A DNA stretch of 64,000 nt from contig JALMLS010000213.1 in NCBI GenBank assembly GCA_038496445.1, positions 248,001 to 312,000 of the forward strand, written 5' to 3'. The notes beneath the pieces were generated by a model that was not told the origin of the DNA, did no database searches, and worked only from the letters and a program-made list of their open reading frames with translations. Shown here piece by piece: positions 12,893-25,284 of this stretch (position 1 is its first letter; each line of letters begins with the position of its first letter). The position numbers and the translations under genes were made by a program. The DNA is from Trichosphaerium sp. ATCC 40318. Its lineage: Eukaryota; Protista; Tubulinea.

Positions 12893-13966
12893 TCATTCAC
12901 TATGTAATTTACCATCAACAAACATGGACTTGAGTTGCCCATTTTCATTCCATTCTTTAACTTGACCGTGTTGTTTGCCATCAACCCACATGCTTTGTTC
13001 TTTAAGTTGCCCAGTATTGTACCATTTCATGTGTTGACCATTTTTCTTACCATCAACCCACATACTGTGCTCGCTCAATTGTCCATTTTCATACCAAGTC
13101 TTGTACTCGCCTTCTTTCTTACTAGCGACACAATTACATAGCGCCTTCAATTGGCCATTGAAATACCACTTTTTGCACTCACCGGCCGGTTCGCCATCAA
13201 CAAAGGTAATCAGCACATTTAGTTGTCCATTTTCATACCACCCTTTATATTCCCCGTCTGGTATATCATCAACACACGTGGTCTGCGACTTAAGTTGCCC
13301 ATTGTCATACCACATTTTAAACTCACCGTTTTTTTTACCATCAACAAACATCTTTTGAGCATCGAGTTGTCCATTGTCATACCACCGTTTATTTTCACCA
13401 TATAGTTTACCATCAACAAACATTGCCTGCATTTTGATTTGTCCATTATCATACCACTCTGTTAACTCGCCATCTGGTGAACTATCAACAGCCATACCAT
13501 GTGTTTTTAGTTTTCCATTTTCATGCCATTCTTTAAAGTCACCATTTTCTACACCATTAACAAACATTGTCTGTTGTTTGAGTTTACCATTGTCATACCA
13601 CTCTTTACATTCACCATCTAGTATACCATCAGCTAACACGGCATGTTCGCTAATTTGTCCATTGTCATGCCAATGCTTTAAGTAACCTTTCTTTTGTTTA
13701 CCATCACCAAACACGCCCAGTACTTTGAGTTTTCCATTTTCATCCCATTCTTTAAAAAGTATATTTACATATTCTTTAGTTTGTACTTTCCCACTTTTAT
13801 ACCATCTTATCCATGTTCCTTTCTTTTCTAATGATTCATCAAAATGAGTATTGGTTGCTGCCCTTCTTGATAGAGTGTGGAATTTTGTAAATACGTCAAT
13901 ATTGAACGTGCAAATGTATTCTTGTATCTCGTAAGGAAGATCCAGTATAGTCAAAGATTTAGACAT
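12893..13966 (-). CDS. Intronless F-box-like + MORN-variant (YwqK-like) repeat protein
   Basis: N-terminal LTILDLPYEIQEYICTF followed by about 11 copies of a 24-aa unit GE.K.WY.NGQLK....F.DG. Confidence 0.85.
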   Translation of the reverse strand: MSKSLTILDLPYEIQEYICTFNIDVFTKFHTLSRRAATNTHFDESLEKKGTWIRWYKSGKVQTKEYVNILFKEWDENGKLKVLGVFGDGKQKKGYLKHWHDNGQISEHAVLADGILDGECKEWYDNGKLKQQTMFVNGVENGDFKEWHENGKLKTHGMAVDSSPDGELTEWYDNGQIKMQAMFVDGKLYGENKRWYDNGQLDAQKMFVDGKKNGEFKMWYDNGQLKSQTTCVDDIPDGEYKGWYENGQLNVLITFVDGEPAGECKKWYFNGQLKALCNCVASKKEGEYKTWYENGQLSEHSMWVDGKKNGQHMKWYNTGQLKEQSMWVDGKQHGQVKEWNENGQLKSMFVDGKLHSE

Positions 13967-14588
13967 TACTTGCTTAGAAAAATAAAATTAGTACTTGAGG
14001 CAATAAGCTAGCTGGCACTTAAAGTAGAAAGACAAATACGAAATTAGCCAGCTAACTCACGTGCAGGATCATAAAATATAAGCTTTTTCTGACTTCAAGA
14101 CCATACCTTTGATTTGTAGTTGAGAGTAGTGTTCTTACGGTTGGGAACTGCTAATTTTTGAACACGTAAGTTCACCAAAAGTCGACTTATCCGACCAACT
14201 TAAGCTATAGAGAACGGAGATCACATCGTAAGTAGTTTGAATTGCTATCACGTGATGATAAAACATTTGGTCAAGTGAGATACTGCTTTCCTGACACACT
14301 AGGTCTAATCACGCCTGATGAATTCACCATCTTCACGTTCAGAGAACAGGAAGTTTTCGTAAAATAACCGGCTGCTATGTTTAAGTAAAATCCAAACCCA
14401 CGTCTCTCGAATATTTGTTGCCATGTATAAGGAAGTCTAGCTTACAGCTAGGCGAACAGGCGATCAAGACCACTTCCTTACATTTTATTTTAATACAGTC
14501 ACGTGCTATCAACTTTCTTGACAACAAAGTCTTTGCTGTTTATACACTATTCTTTTTCTTACTACTGATACAACGCATGAATTAATCT

Positions 14589-17500
14589 TTATGATTGATC
14601 AAGAGACTCTAAGCAATCCCTTAGTTTCTTTGCTACATCATTCATGCTTGGCCTATTTTCAGGCTGTAACCTCCTGCACCCCTCAATAAGCTCCTAAACA
14701 ACCTTCATTAACAGAGGCAACAGTTAACATTACTAAAGTTAACTTACTACAAAGAAAGATGGAGTGCCTGCAGGAAGATCTAGCTTAATAAAAGATCCTT
14801 GTTTAGCTGCAATAGCAATATCTATAAATTCATATCCTTCATAAGGAGCCTTTTGTGTAACCTAGTTCGTGAAAGAAAATAAGACACAAAAAAATCACAG
14901 CATCCAAAGAAAAATCCTGAAAAAGTCTTCTCAACGTACTGCCTCATAAATAAGTGCCCCAAACATCCAAACATCACTTGCTGTAGAGTATTTTTTATGT
15001 ACAATTGATTCGGGAGCCATATACTACAACATGTAAGTCAGCTATTCAAAAGACAAAAAATTCAAAATAAATTTTTGTACCATGACTGGTCCTGTACGTT
15101 GATTTGACCTATGATACTGTGTCGACACATCAAATGTCTTACTTAAGCTAAAATCTGTAACAACACCTTGCCAATTATCTCTAACAAGTACATTCCTTGC
15201 AGCTGTAAAATGACATTAGCATAAAAAGAACAACACAATCCAAACAAAAAAAAGTTTGTAGCTGTAAAAAAAGTGACATACCGATATCTCTGTGTAATGA
15301 ATTCTCACAATGTAGATGGTAAATACCAGAAGCAGCATCGAATAGAATCGATAAAACTCTTTTCATTGGTAGACGTAGTCGTTGAACGGTCAAAATGTCC
15401 CAGAAAGATCCCTATAAAACAAACAACATTATTTCCTGAAACTTTCTTTCTAAAGTCGTTGTGGTTTGACTGTTGTCTTCTTACCCTTGCGCAATACTCC
15501 ATTACAAAACACATTTTGTTGTCATTGATGTCATAGCATACACCATACGTCTTTACAACGTTTGGATGTTGACCCATCTTAACCATAAAAGCAGCTTCAT
15601 AGTTAGCACTTTTCTCAGTGCTATAAAGCTTCTTTACAGCTACTTTTGCATTTCTATATTCTGCTACAAATACTTCACCCTAAAGAGACTCATAAATAAA
15701 CCTTTACGAATAATCACCAAAGATGACAATAAAAAAAAATGAAGAAAAAACCAACGCACGAAAGAACCTTGACCAAGCATTCGCTCAACCTTAATATCTG
15801 TCCATTCAATAATTGGTACTGATACAATAGTATCAATACTACTCGCACTATGTGTCGAACTAACAGTACCAAGGACCTAAAAGTAACAATAAACAAGAGT
15901 GGATTTTCAATAGCTATTTTTTAGCGTACGTCTTCATCTTCTTCATTTGTGTTTAGAGCTGCATAAGAGTGCATAGCCTTATGCTTTTTCTGTGATTTTC
16001 TGCGTTGCTTATAGTATAGCACTATGATAATAACGATAACACAAACTAAGAATAAACCAACTGAACCCGTCAAGATAAAGAAAGTATAGTTTCGTGTTGT
16101 GGGTGGAGGCGATAGAGTTGGTGGTGTTGAAGGCGCAGTTGTTGGTGGTTCAGTATTCGGCGTCGTAGGTGCAGCAGTCGTTGGTTGTGTTGTAGTTGGT
16201 ACATCAGTAGTTGGTGGTTCAGTAGTTGGAGGTTCAGCTGTTGGAGGTAGCGTTGTGGGTGTTACTGTTGTTGGCGGTTCAGTGGCAGGTGGTTCAGTAG
16301 TGGGTTGTGGTCGTGTTGTAGGAGGTTCTGTAGTTGGCAGATCTGCCGTTGGGGGGTTGGTTGTAGGAGGCAGTGTAGGTGCAATAGTTGGCGGAGGAAG
16401 TGTCATTGGAGGTAATAATAGAGGATAGTATTTTTGTGTTATATTTACAGAACAAACACCACCCGAATTTTGATAGAGCCTTAAACAGAAATAATAAGAA
16501 AAAACTGAGAAAAATGTATATCTGATGTACGTACTGACAAGCTGTTGTAAATTCGTTGAACAAATGATGTTTCTTCTCCTGCCAAAAGTGTAATCCAAGT
16601 GATTCTTCTGTAAGTACGGGGGTACTTGGGTCTTCTTGTATTGGTTTCACATCAAGAGGTAAAATCTCACCTTTATCATCACTTAATAAAGAGTTAAGTC
16701 AACATCTGAATGAACTGAAAAAAGCCAGTCGTACGTTTGTGTAACTTCACTAGCTGGATTTTCTCCCCAATAGTTAGGCGGAATATGCTTTTTATAAGGT
16801 GTAGTCCAAACACGAAGAACAACAGAGTAATCGTAGATGGAGTTATTAGAAAAACCATTCAGGTTAATATTATCTCCATTGAAACAGTTAAGTGTATGTC
16901 TTATTGTGTTTTCCTCTATTTCTAACCCACCATCAATGACATTTTCATAATATCCCAAAGCTATAGATATCTATAATAACAAGGTATTACTCAGTAAAAG
17001 AAAAAAAACCAAAAGAGGTCTCCCACGGACAACAAACAAACTTTTTTGTTCCGATTTTTTGTGACCAAAGTACTGCTTTTCTTTGGACGCACGTTGTTCT
17101 TTTCAATGAGATTTCCTTTCAAGGAAACACTTAGTGTGTTAGGAGCGTAATCTTTACTTCTATCTATTCTTATAGCCTCGTAATTATAAGCAAAGTAGCT
17201 TTGCTTTACTTCTCCTGTTGCAAAGAGATTTACTCCGTATGCGTTTCCGTAGAAGACACAACGAGTGTACGAAAGTTTATCACCTATTGCTTTGGCCGTT
17301 GCCACTCTTGAACTCGCAAAGAATATGGAATCGGTGTATACACCATCTATACAAGTCAGACACTGCTGGAACCTTTAATAAGTTGAGTACTTTGATATCG
17401 TGTTGACATTGGCATATACTAAGTGTGAGAGGTTAGTTTAACGAAAGAACTAGTTGATTGACAGTTGTGTGCCTTAAATATTGAAAAACTGACTTCTGCA

Positions 17501-17954
17501 TTCATTATAATAGTACCAACGCCCTCAAAAACAGCGTATTTAACGGATGATTTGGTGACAGGATCTCCTATTTCAAGACAGGCTGTAAAAGAGCCACACT
17601 TGTTTATAGTTAGCGTTACAGCGATTTCTTTCACGTTCTTACTTGTTGGAATACGACTGGAGAGTCAGTAGTGCCATTTACGGTCAAGGAATCTACAATT
17701 AATTTTCCGGCTAACTAAAACGCTTCTTAGTGATATTACTAATATATATACGTACTCCAGAGAACTTTACAGTTACTCCACCTTCAATAACCAAAGAAGC
17801 ATACTTATCTTCAGTTTCTATAACGTGAACACCATTTCCATTATCTGTAGACCTCCACACCTTGTTATAAACAATTAGTATTAAAAGTATTTCAAATCTG
17901 AGCAACCTCTTGGCCTTGTGCGTGTAAACATAGCACCAAAAGTAGCCAATACAT
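14589..17954 (-). CDS. Single-pass receptor tyrosine-kinase-like protein (signal peptide, probable beta-helix ectodomain, Pro/Thr stalk, TM, kinase)
   Basis: MYWLLLVLCLHAQG signal peptide; PPTT-repeat stalk; TM FFILTGSVGLFLVCVIVIIIVLYY; kinase motifs LGQGSFGEV, VAVK, HPNVV, HRDIAARN, DFS, YMAPE, SDVWMFG, PENRP. Confidence 0.87.
16095..16420 (-). repeat. Coding PPTT(E/L) mucin-like repeats of the receptor stalk
   Basis: Repeated EPPTT/LPPTT units in ORF 15921-16598. Confidence 0.8.
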
Positions 17955-18139
17955 TACTTTCTTCTGTTTATATGAGTACAGTGCTTTGATATGGTACGGT
18001 GAATTATAGTATGTTTATTCTATGAACTATTTCTCGTTAAAAACGCGACGACTACAATTATTCTCGAGTTTTCACTATATACCTCTAACAGCAGCGGAAA
18101 TAAAGCTGCGCTTCAGTACATAAAGGCTTCTGAGCCAAA

Positions 18140-19621
18140 ATGTCAAGCACGAAAATGGAACCAAGAACCTTATTCAATGCTTTACAGAACTTACTGGCTT
18201 TGAATCCTCTAATGTACGTATTTGTAGAATGTAATTACGGTTGTTAATTTGTTTGAAGCAATGAACTCGGATTTGTCCTTGAAACAAGTGATTGGCCCAA
18301 TAATAGTGCTCCCAAAGGCGTTAGCAATCATTTTTATTTAAACGACAATAAACTTGGTACACGGTAGCAAACGCTTACATTAACGCTTGTGTAGGTATAA
18401 CATACAGTGCTTTACCTAAATTAGCTCAGTTTGCAGAAAATAGCTTTAAACGCCTCAGAAAATGCGATCTAACGCTACCAAACAGCGACTTGAAGGTCTC
18501 CTTTATGATACAAACAACAATGCACGCCGGAAACTCATTTCTACTCGCTAAACCATACTCAGTGCCATGCTCATTGTAAACGCTGACCAATACGTAGCTT
18601 GGAACACCAGGTAGTACCTTACTTCTTTTTACTCAAAACTACGTAACTGACACGGAACTCGCAAAGAAAACGTTTGATAAAAATCGGAAAATTAGATCTC
18701 TTGACAGACCTCAAATTCGGTTCATTAGTTCTGACAAAGCATAAAAAGAGCGGAGAGACACTTGCGCATAGGTTAGAGTTTGATTTAATGACTTTTTTTT
18801 TGACACATTTTGACACATTGCAAGGAAATGGTTGATGTCTGAATTGAAATTGGTTGGTACAGAAATGAAGGATATTATAAAATCTGAGCTAGAATTATGT
18901 TCAAAGTTATGTAATTTATATAAAAGAAACTACTATGCGTGGTCTTACAGGAAATGGATCCTGGAAAACTTTCTTACACAACAACAAGTGCGTGATGATG
19001 CTTTAGTCAACTATTTTTTTTTAATGTTTGCGTAGGTTGTTGACGATTTTGAGCATGTTACGGCATGGATGGCAACAAATAGATTTGATCATTCAGCATT
19101 CCATTATAAATCGTGTTTACTATCATGGTTTGTAGAGAATCTTAATGTTGTACAAACATCTATGTTTGATTTGTTTAAAACTTGGAAAGACGAGCTATTA
19201 TCAACTGAAGAAAAAATAGAAATGTTTTCAAAACAGTACGTCCGATTAAGGTTGATTAGGGTTCAGTAGTTTTAACTCCTATGCATAGGCATGAATCCGT
19301 ATGGTGTTACCGTAGGTTTCTTGTCGATTTTATGTTAAGACATTTCAAGGTTTTGAACATTAAAAGGAAGGAAGTCGATGATATTATTTCTTATGAGATT
19401 GGTTTCTTTAAAAAATGTTTAAGTGAAGTTGAAAACAAAGATACATCACTTGCTTTAAGTTATAAAGATTGGATTGTTTGTAGAGTACGTCTCTAGTATT
19501 AATGTGTTATTTTCTTACTAATGCTAATAACATACAGGTCAAACTATGGTCTACAGATAGTAACTCAGAAATTGATGAGCTTTTTATTTTATCCAAAAAG
19601 ATAAAAAAACTTTGTTTGTAA
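18140..19621 (+). CDS. PTAR1: Protein prenyltransferase alpha-subunit repeat-containing protein (multi-exon)
   Basis: NELGFV, MLIVNADQYVAWNTR, LVLTKHKKSGETLAHRKW, ELELCSKLCNLYKRNYYAWSYRKW, DHSAFHY, HESVWCYRRF (PPTA repeats). Confidence 0.8.
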
Positions 19622-19854
19622 AAGATTTCTTCTTGTCACCCTATCATGAGTAGGTTCTTTTGCTTATATCCACAATCAAATAACTTTTTAGTACATCGTC
19701 CAGGTTTGGAACTATTATATCATTCAATTTCGCGATGCGTCAAAATGTCGCCCAAAATAATTTTTTGTTTTTTTGGGCAACAGTCAACGTTTAAACATTG
19801 GATGAAATGCACAACTAGGTGTCATTGTATCTTTAGAAAAATTGGCTTGTTTTA

Positions 19855-21663
19855 TTACATCATGTCTGGGTATGGACAATTAGGTCTCTTACAAGAAAGT
19901 ATATGATATGTTTCTTCGCGTTGTCCTGTTTTAAAAATATTCCAATAAGCTAATAACTCAGGAGGTACAGGATGATCATAAACCTCAAATCCTTTTTCTT
20001 TAATCTTTGCAACAAAAACAGTAACACCCTAAAGAAAAAGTGTAAGCGTACTAACCTGACCAACAACGTCTTTTATTTTTGTGTCGAGTAAAAAAACTTG
20101 CTCAATCAAAAGCTGTAATACACGAAAATTGTAAAAAATGTTCTCTAGAAACAAAGTATTTTGAATGCTTGCTCGTGCGGTTTGGATTTTTTGGTTTCAA
20201 AAAAATTGTGTTATTAACTTGATCAGTGATCAAAACCACGTACGTCTCTATCAGCTGAGAGAACTTCATAAAAAACACCATTTGGTTTTAAATATTTACA
20301 TAACGTTTTAACAAGTCCATCAATGCTAAGAAGCGAGTATGTCAACTCAGTCCCTAAAATAATATCTGCTGGCTTAACTGGATCCTAAAACAAAAAACAT
20401 TAAGCCATGACGGCAAAACAAGAAATCATATAAACCAATAGAGTAGTGGATACGCATGTAATGATAACAACATATTTATGTACCTCTTCTGGATCAATTT
20501 CGTCCACTTTATCCCAGTCTAAAAGAGCTACAGTTGTTTTTGCTACATTATTCTTAAACTCTCTTTCTCTTTCTACTATATCATCATCTGCACCATAGTC
20601 TAAGTTACTATTTATCTTTACATTGTATTCTAAGTTAGATACAATCTAGGTGTCAAGTCAGTAACTAAGCAATTCAAAAAAATTTGCGATGAAAAAAGCC
20701 CAAAAAAACTTTTGTACAGTTTTCTGGTTTTTTTCTAATCATTTGGCTTTGGACTACAACACTATTGTAGTACTGTTTTTTTTTCGCTTTTAATTTGTAC
20801 AAAGACTTACTTGATCAATGTAATCCGTTAATGTAACAGACTTTGCATATCGTGCAGCAACAATACCTGGTAAACCACAACCACTGCCAAGCTCTTTTTA
20901 CAAAAAAAATAAGAAACCAACATTGAAAGCATTACGAGGAAGGGAATCGATTCAGAGCTCAACTACCAGGAGTGTCCTGTACAATACAAAGAAAAAAAAA
21001 GGAAAATAGATGCTGACATACCCAGTACATCGAGATCTTTAAACATTTCACGATTATTGTATAACCAAGCTGACATTATTATTGATGCATCCCATAAAGC
21101 ACATCCTAAACCTCCTTCGATTATAGGAAGCTCTCTAATGTATCTAAACAAATATACATTAGAACAAAACCAAATACACTCCATCACGCGACATAGACTC
21201 AAAGTCAACAATAGTAGATTGTTGACATGTTGCCTGGGACTTGGAAGTCATTGCCTGCCTGAAAGGCGACAACACAGATAACAAACATAGCAGATGACTT
21301 TTTTTTTTAGTGGCACGTGATAACAAAAAAAGCGAGATTGGATTGTATTAATTGTAAAAAGACTAAGTAAAGCATTTGAAATCAAATTTAGGTTGAGGGT
21401 GAGTCGGAATTTGAAGAAAAAAAAAAAAAAAAACTGTACATTTCGCCATCTTTGTAAAGTCGTCTTTTCTTATCGTAGTCGCCAAAACCGATTGTCTTAC
21501 GTCTATATTTGCTCTTACTGAGCACATACTCTTGCCAGTTAATATTTACTTCACCTTTTGTATTAAAATAAGCTTAGACGCGTTATATATATTCGTTGAT
21601 GCTTTTAATGAGTAATTGGGAAAAGAAACGTAAATTACCCATTCGCTCTCTGTTATTCAACAT
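19855..21663 (-). CDS. Seven-beta-strand protein-lysine methyltransferase (METTL21/22/23, Methyltransf_16 family)
   Basis: GLGCALWDASIIMSAWL, VLELGSGCGLPGI, VTLTDY, LEYNVKIN, LLDW, ADIILGTELTY. Confidence 0.88.
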
Positions 21664-21843
21664 TGTGGTTATATTTGTATAATTAAGTCCAATATCTAGC
21701 GTAGAACGTGTAGCAAAATGATCTAAATGAAGTACACGGCGAAAAAATCGCCAAAAAGTAAAAAGTGGTCAAATCCGGCTAATGTACGAGTTTTTTCGGT
21801 TGAAATTTCTCCTTGTTGACGAAGAATACCTCTTGAGCACGTC

Positions 21844-22520
21844 ATGAATGCCATAATCGTTATGGGCGTATCTGGGTCTGGTATAGTTATTGTACGCATT
21901 TTTATTTATTGACATTATTAAAAGGTAAAACTACGGTTGCAAAGGGATTGGAAGATGCACTGACGTCACCTGGCCATACATTTAAGTATTACGACGGTGA
22001 TGATCTTCATTCTCCAGAAAACCGCAAAAAAATGGCTTCTGGTGTTAGTTTAAATGATGAGGACCGAAAGCCATGGTTGACAGCAATCAGTACGCATCTT
22101 AAACTTATTTTAATTAAAAGCCATCGAAACAGGAGATTTACTTCAAAACCGTGATCCACCAACGGAAATAAAGATTGTAGCATGCTCAGCTCTAAAGAAA
22201 AAATACAGAGACATTTTGTCAGATGGTATGCCTGTGACGTTTCTTTATTTGAAAGGTAAGCAATGTTTTCTTATAGCCTTTGTAGTCACGTGACTGTACT
22301 GACTTGTGTTTCTTCAGGGTCTTTTGAAACAATGAAGCAAAGAATGGAAAAAAGAAAAGGACATTATTTTAAGGCTAGTATGCTTCAAAGTCAGTTTGAT
22401 ACATTAGAAGAACCTACAGAAGATGAAGATAATATTTGTATTATCGTTATAGATAATTTGAATCAAGAACAAGTCTTTGAAAAGATTTTAAAAGCAATTC
22501 CAACAGGCTCAGATAAATAA
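21844..22520 (+). CDS. IDNK: Gluconokinase (GntK/IdnK family)
   Basis: IIVMGVSGSGKTTVA, DGDDLHSPENRKKMASGVSLNDEDRKPWL, VACSALKKKYRDIL, RKGHYFKASMLQSQFDTLEEP. Confidence 0.93.
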
Positions 22521-22775
22521 ATTTGTTTTAATGTAACTGGAAAGTTAAAATCTAACAAGGCAGCTGCTAGGCGGAAAGTATCATAATAGCTGTTAAAGAC
22601 CACTTATATACTGCATAGTCACAATGTCACATGCCCTTTCATCTGGAAGCACGCAAAGAAAAAACAAAAAACAAATCTAATAGAGTGGTTTATTTACAAT
22701 CTGATACATTATTTCTGATCTCCATTTAGACCTGATGTGTGCCAAACCCAATGGTTCCGGGGTCGTGTCAAATAT

Positions 22776-25192
22776 TTAGAAAAGTACAGTTGCTGGGCTC
22801 ATTACGTTATATGACATAATGCCATCTTGAGGAGGTGATCCATCACCCAGTAGTGGACTAGTAGCTTTGACAGGAATATCAATACGTACATCACGTGCAT
22901 GGTATCTTATGGTAGCAACGAGAGTATCTAAGGACAAATCCCACCAGTAGGGTATAATGACCAATGTGACACCTATAAGCAATTTAACATAACTAAAAAT
23001 AAAATTGCTTACCAATGTCTCTACATAGTGCCGCCTTTTCGCTATCACGTGCTTTTTGTGGCCCTGTGAGTAATCCTCCATTGAATAGTTTGTCGTGGTA
23101 GTGTTGCTCTCCTAGAAAAGGTTGGTCAATCAAGGTCGAACAACACGCCCAAAAAAAAGATAAATAAAAAAATTGTTTAGTACCCTGATATTCCAGAGCG
23201 AGATTATGAGCTGGTACAAAAATATCTACAGTTACCATACGCCCATTTTCATTATTTATAGCTATAGGATGCTCTGTTTCAACAACACATCCATGAAAAA
23301 TTTGTTTAATCAAAGTAAACAGAAAAGTTTGCTTGGATTTTTTGGATGTATTAAAAAATTTAGGCCAAGACCAATCGTAGATAGGCTCAATATGAGTTAA
23401 AGCACTAGGAAAGTACTTTAGCATACTATGTCCACCCATTGCTTTTATCTGGTTTGACGAAACCATGTACCTAAGGTGGATCAGAGTGAGTTACAAAGGA
23501 AGATATAGTGTTCTTTTTGTTGTGGATGCTTCTAGTACTATGCTGAGCACGTGTGCTCTAGTTTTACTTTTTTTGCAAATAGTAATTTAAAATACCGCAA
23601 ATATGGCTTCGAGGGTAGAATATGATAGTAAACGAACATACCAATCTTCAGGATGACGAATATTTAACTGTCTTGATACTTTATTCAGAAATGATATTTG
23701 GTTCTTCTTTTTGTCCCAATACCCTATTTTATATTATATTAGAATCTACTTAACCTTGAACAAGTATAAAAAAATACCTCGTTCGAACTTAGGCGCCTTT
23801 GATCTGTCAACTCTGGACACGAAAAAAATGAGAAAAAAAAAGATCATAAAACATCAAAACGTGTCACACCGAAAAGATTCTTGTCTCCATGGGTGAAATG
23901 GATAGATCGAAGAAAGAGCGTCTGGCAAGCTACCATAACTAGAGTAGTACTATTAGTATAACAAAATACTGGCATACTTAATATTTCGTAAAGCGTACAA
24001 ACTGATTATCCTTGCGCCGTTTTCTTGAAGGTAAAACTTTCCATGTGTTATATCATACCAAGCATCGAGATGTTTTATCCCTAGCCTTTTAGCTATAGAA
24101 TCGATTGATCTCTGTAAGGCTTCTTCAAGATGTATAGCACTAACGTCAGGCTCAAGGTGCCATCCATATAACCGCTCAAGCATCCTCGGAAAAGACCTAT
24201 AACTAAGAATATTTAGATCACGTAAAACAAACTGAATAGTCATACTGCCTGAAGATTTTAGCTCCACCTCTCCCCGCGGTCTTTATATCTGATTCAGATA
24301 CTCTACCCCAATCTGACAAAGTCTTGACACCAAGTATTTTACTGACGTCATTCAATCTTGCTTTTTGATAATCAACTTCATTCCAACTTTTACTGTAATC
24401 TCGCCTACACCAACACGTTAGACTTCTCATAAAAAAAACAACTAACCTAGACCTTACCTAAACATACGTTTGTTCCAAGACACCTCAGGGTATATATTTT
24501 TAAGAGTAGTGAGCAGTGAGTTATTATAACTAACCTGAAATGAGTTTTAATTTTCTTTAAATAAAACAATACAAATCCAAAACTAAAACAGCACGAACTA
24601 TGCAAGAATGCCATTACCGCCAAGGCGTTTTATATCTTCTGGGCGTACAGAGTACCACCCGCGCATATCTTTTATATTCAGAAGATTTTCAATTTGTTTA
24701 AAGATATGTCGGTGATGTGACACTTCATCCCAAAATTTCTTTGGCGAGCGTCTGTAATTCTCATAAGTTTTTTGGATGGAATGTTTTTGTGACATACAAA
24801 AACCTCCATGGCTGCCATTGATGATTTGGATACGCTATTGAAAGCGATTGTGATACAGAGTTGCTGAATTTGTTACTGTTGTGGAGCTATCACAAAAAAA
24901 ACGGTTGATATTTTGCAAGCGTACTTTAACAGTGCGTTATTACCCCCAGCACGTATGATGGCGCTACGAGGTATCTCATACCACCCATCTAAGTGCCCTA
25001 CCCCTAAATTCTGAGCCACAGCATCAAACTGCTTGCGATATACTCCTAATTTCGCCTTTTGGCTCAGGTTGATTGCTACATAAAGTTTTACGTTATTTAT
25101 TTTCAAAAAAAGCTAACAACGTATAGAGGTGCTATTCTTATATAACGTGCGTAAAATACACCATATTAACAAGTACCTGAGTTAACTCGCAT
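22776..25192 (-). CDS. Trp-rich tandem-repeat protein (about 5 x ~65-70 aa) with C-terminal PD-(D/E)xK-like (DUF559/RAP-like) nuclease domain
   Basis: Repeats follow W.....R..FD.IA..L.I..L..WY.V....I...GG..IL..Y..SL...L..IYP...W....F. The C-terminus reads VETEH...VDIFVPAHNLALEYQGEQHY...RDSEKAALCRDIGVTLVIIPYWWD. Confidence 0.8.
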
Positions 25193-25284
25193 TAAAAAGC
25201 GTAATTTCTCGTTTTCTCCCTCATGTGCACTTGCCTACGCAGTGCAAACCAGCCACCGTAATCTAAAGAACAAACACACAAAAA

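Noticed and set aside
12887-12900. 14-nt match gaaagttcattcac shared with about 31211
   Set aside because: The match is short, coding in one place and 3' flank in the other, and does not extend. Likely chance.
12893-13966. Bacterial YwqJK toxin-antitoxin system
   Set aside because: Eukaryotic context, no adjacent toxin, and an F-box-like N-terminus. Only the repeat is shared.
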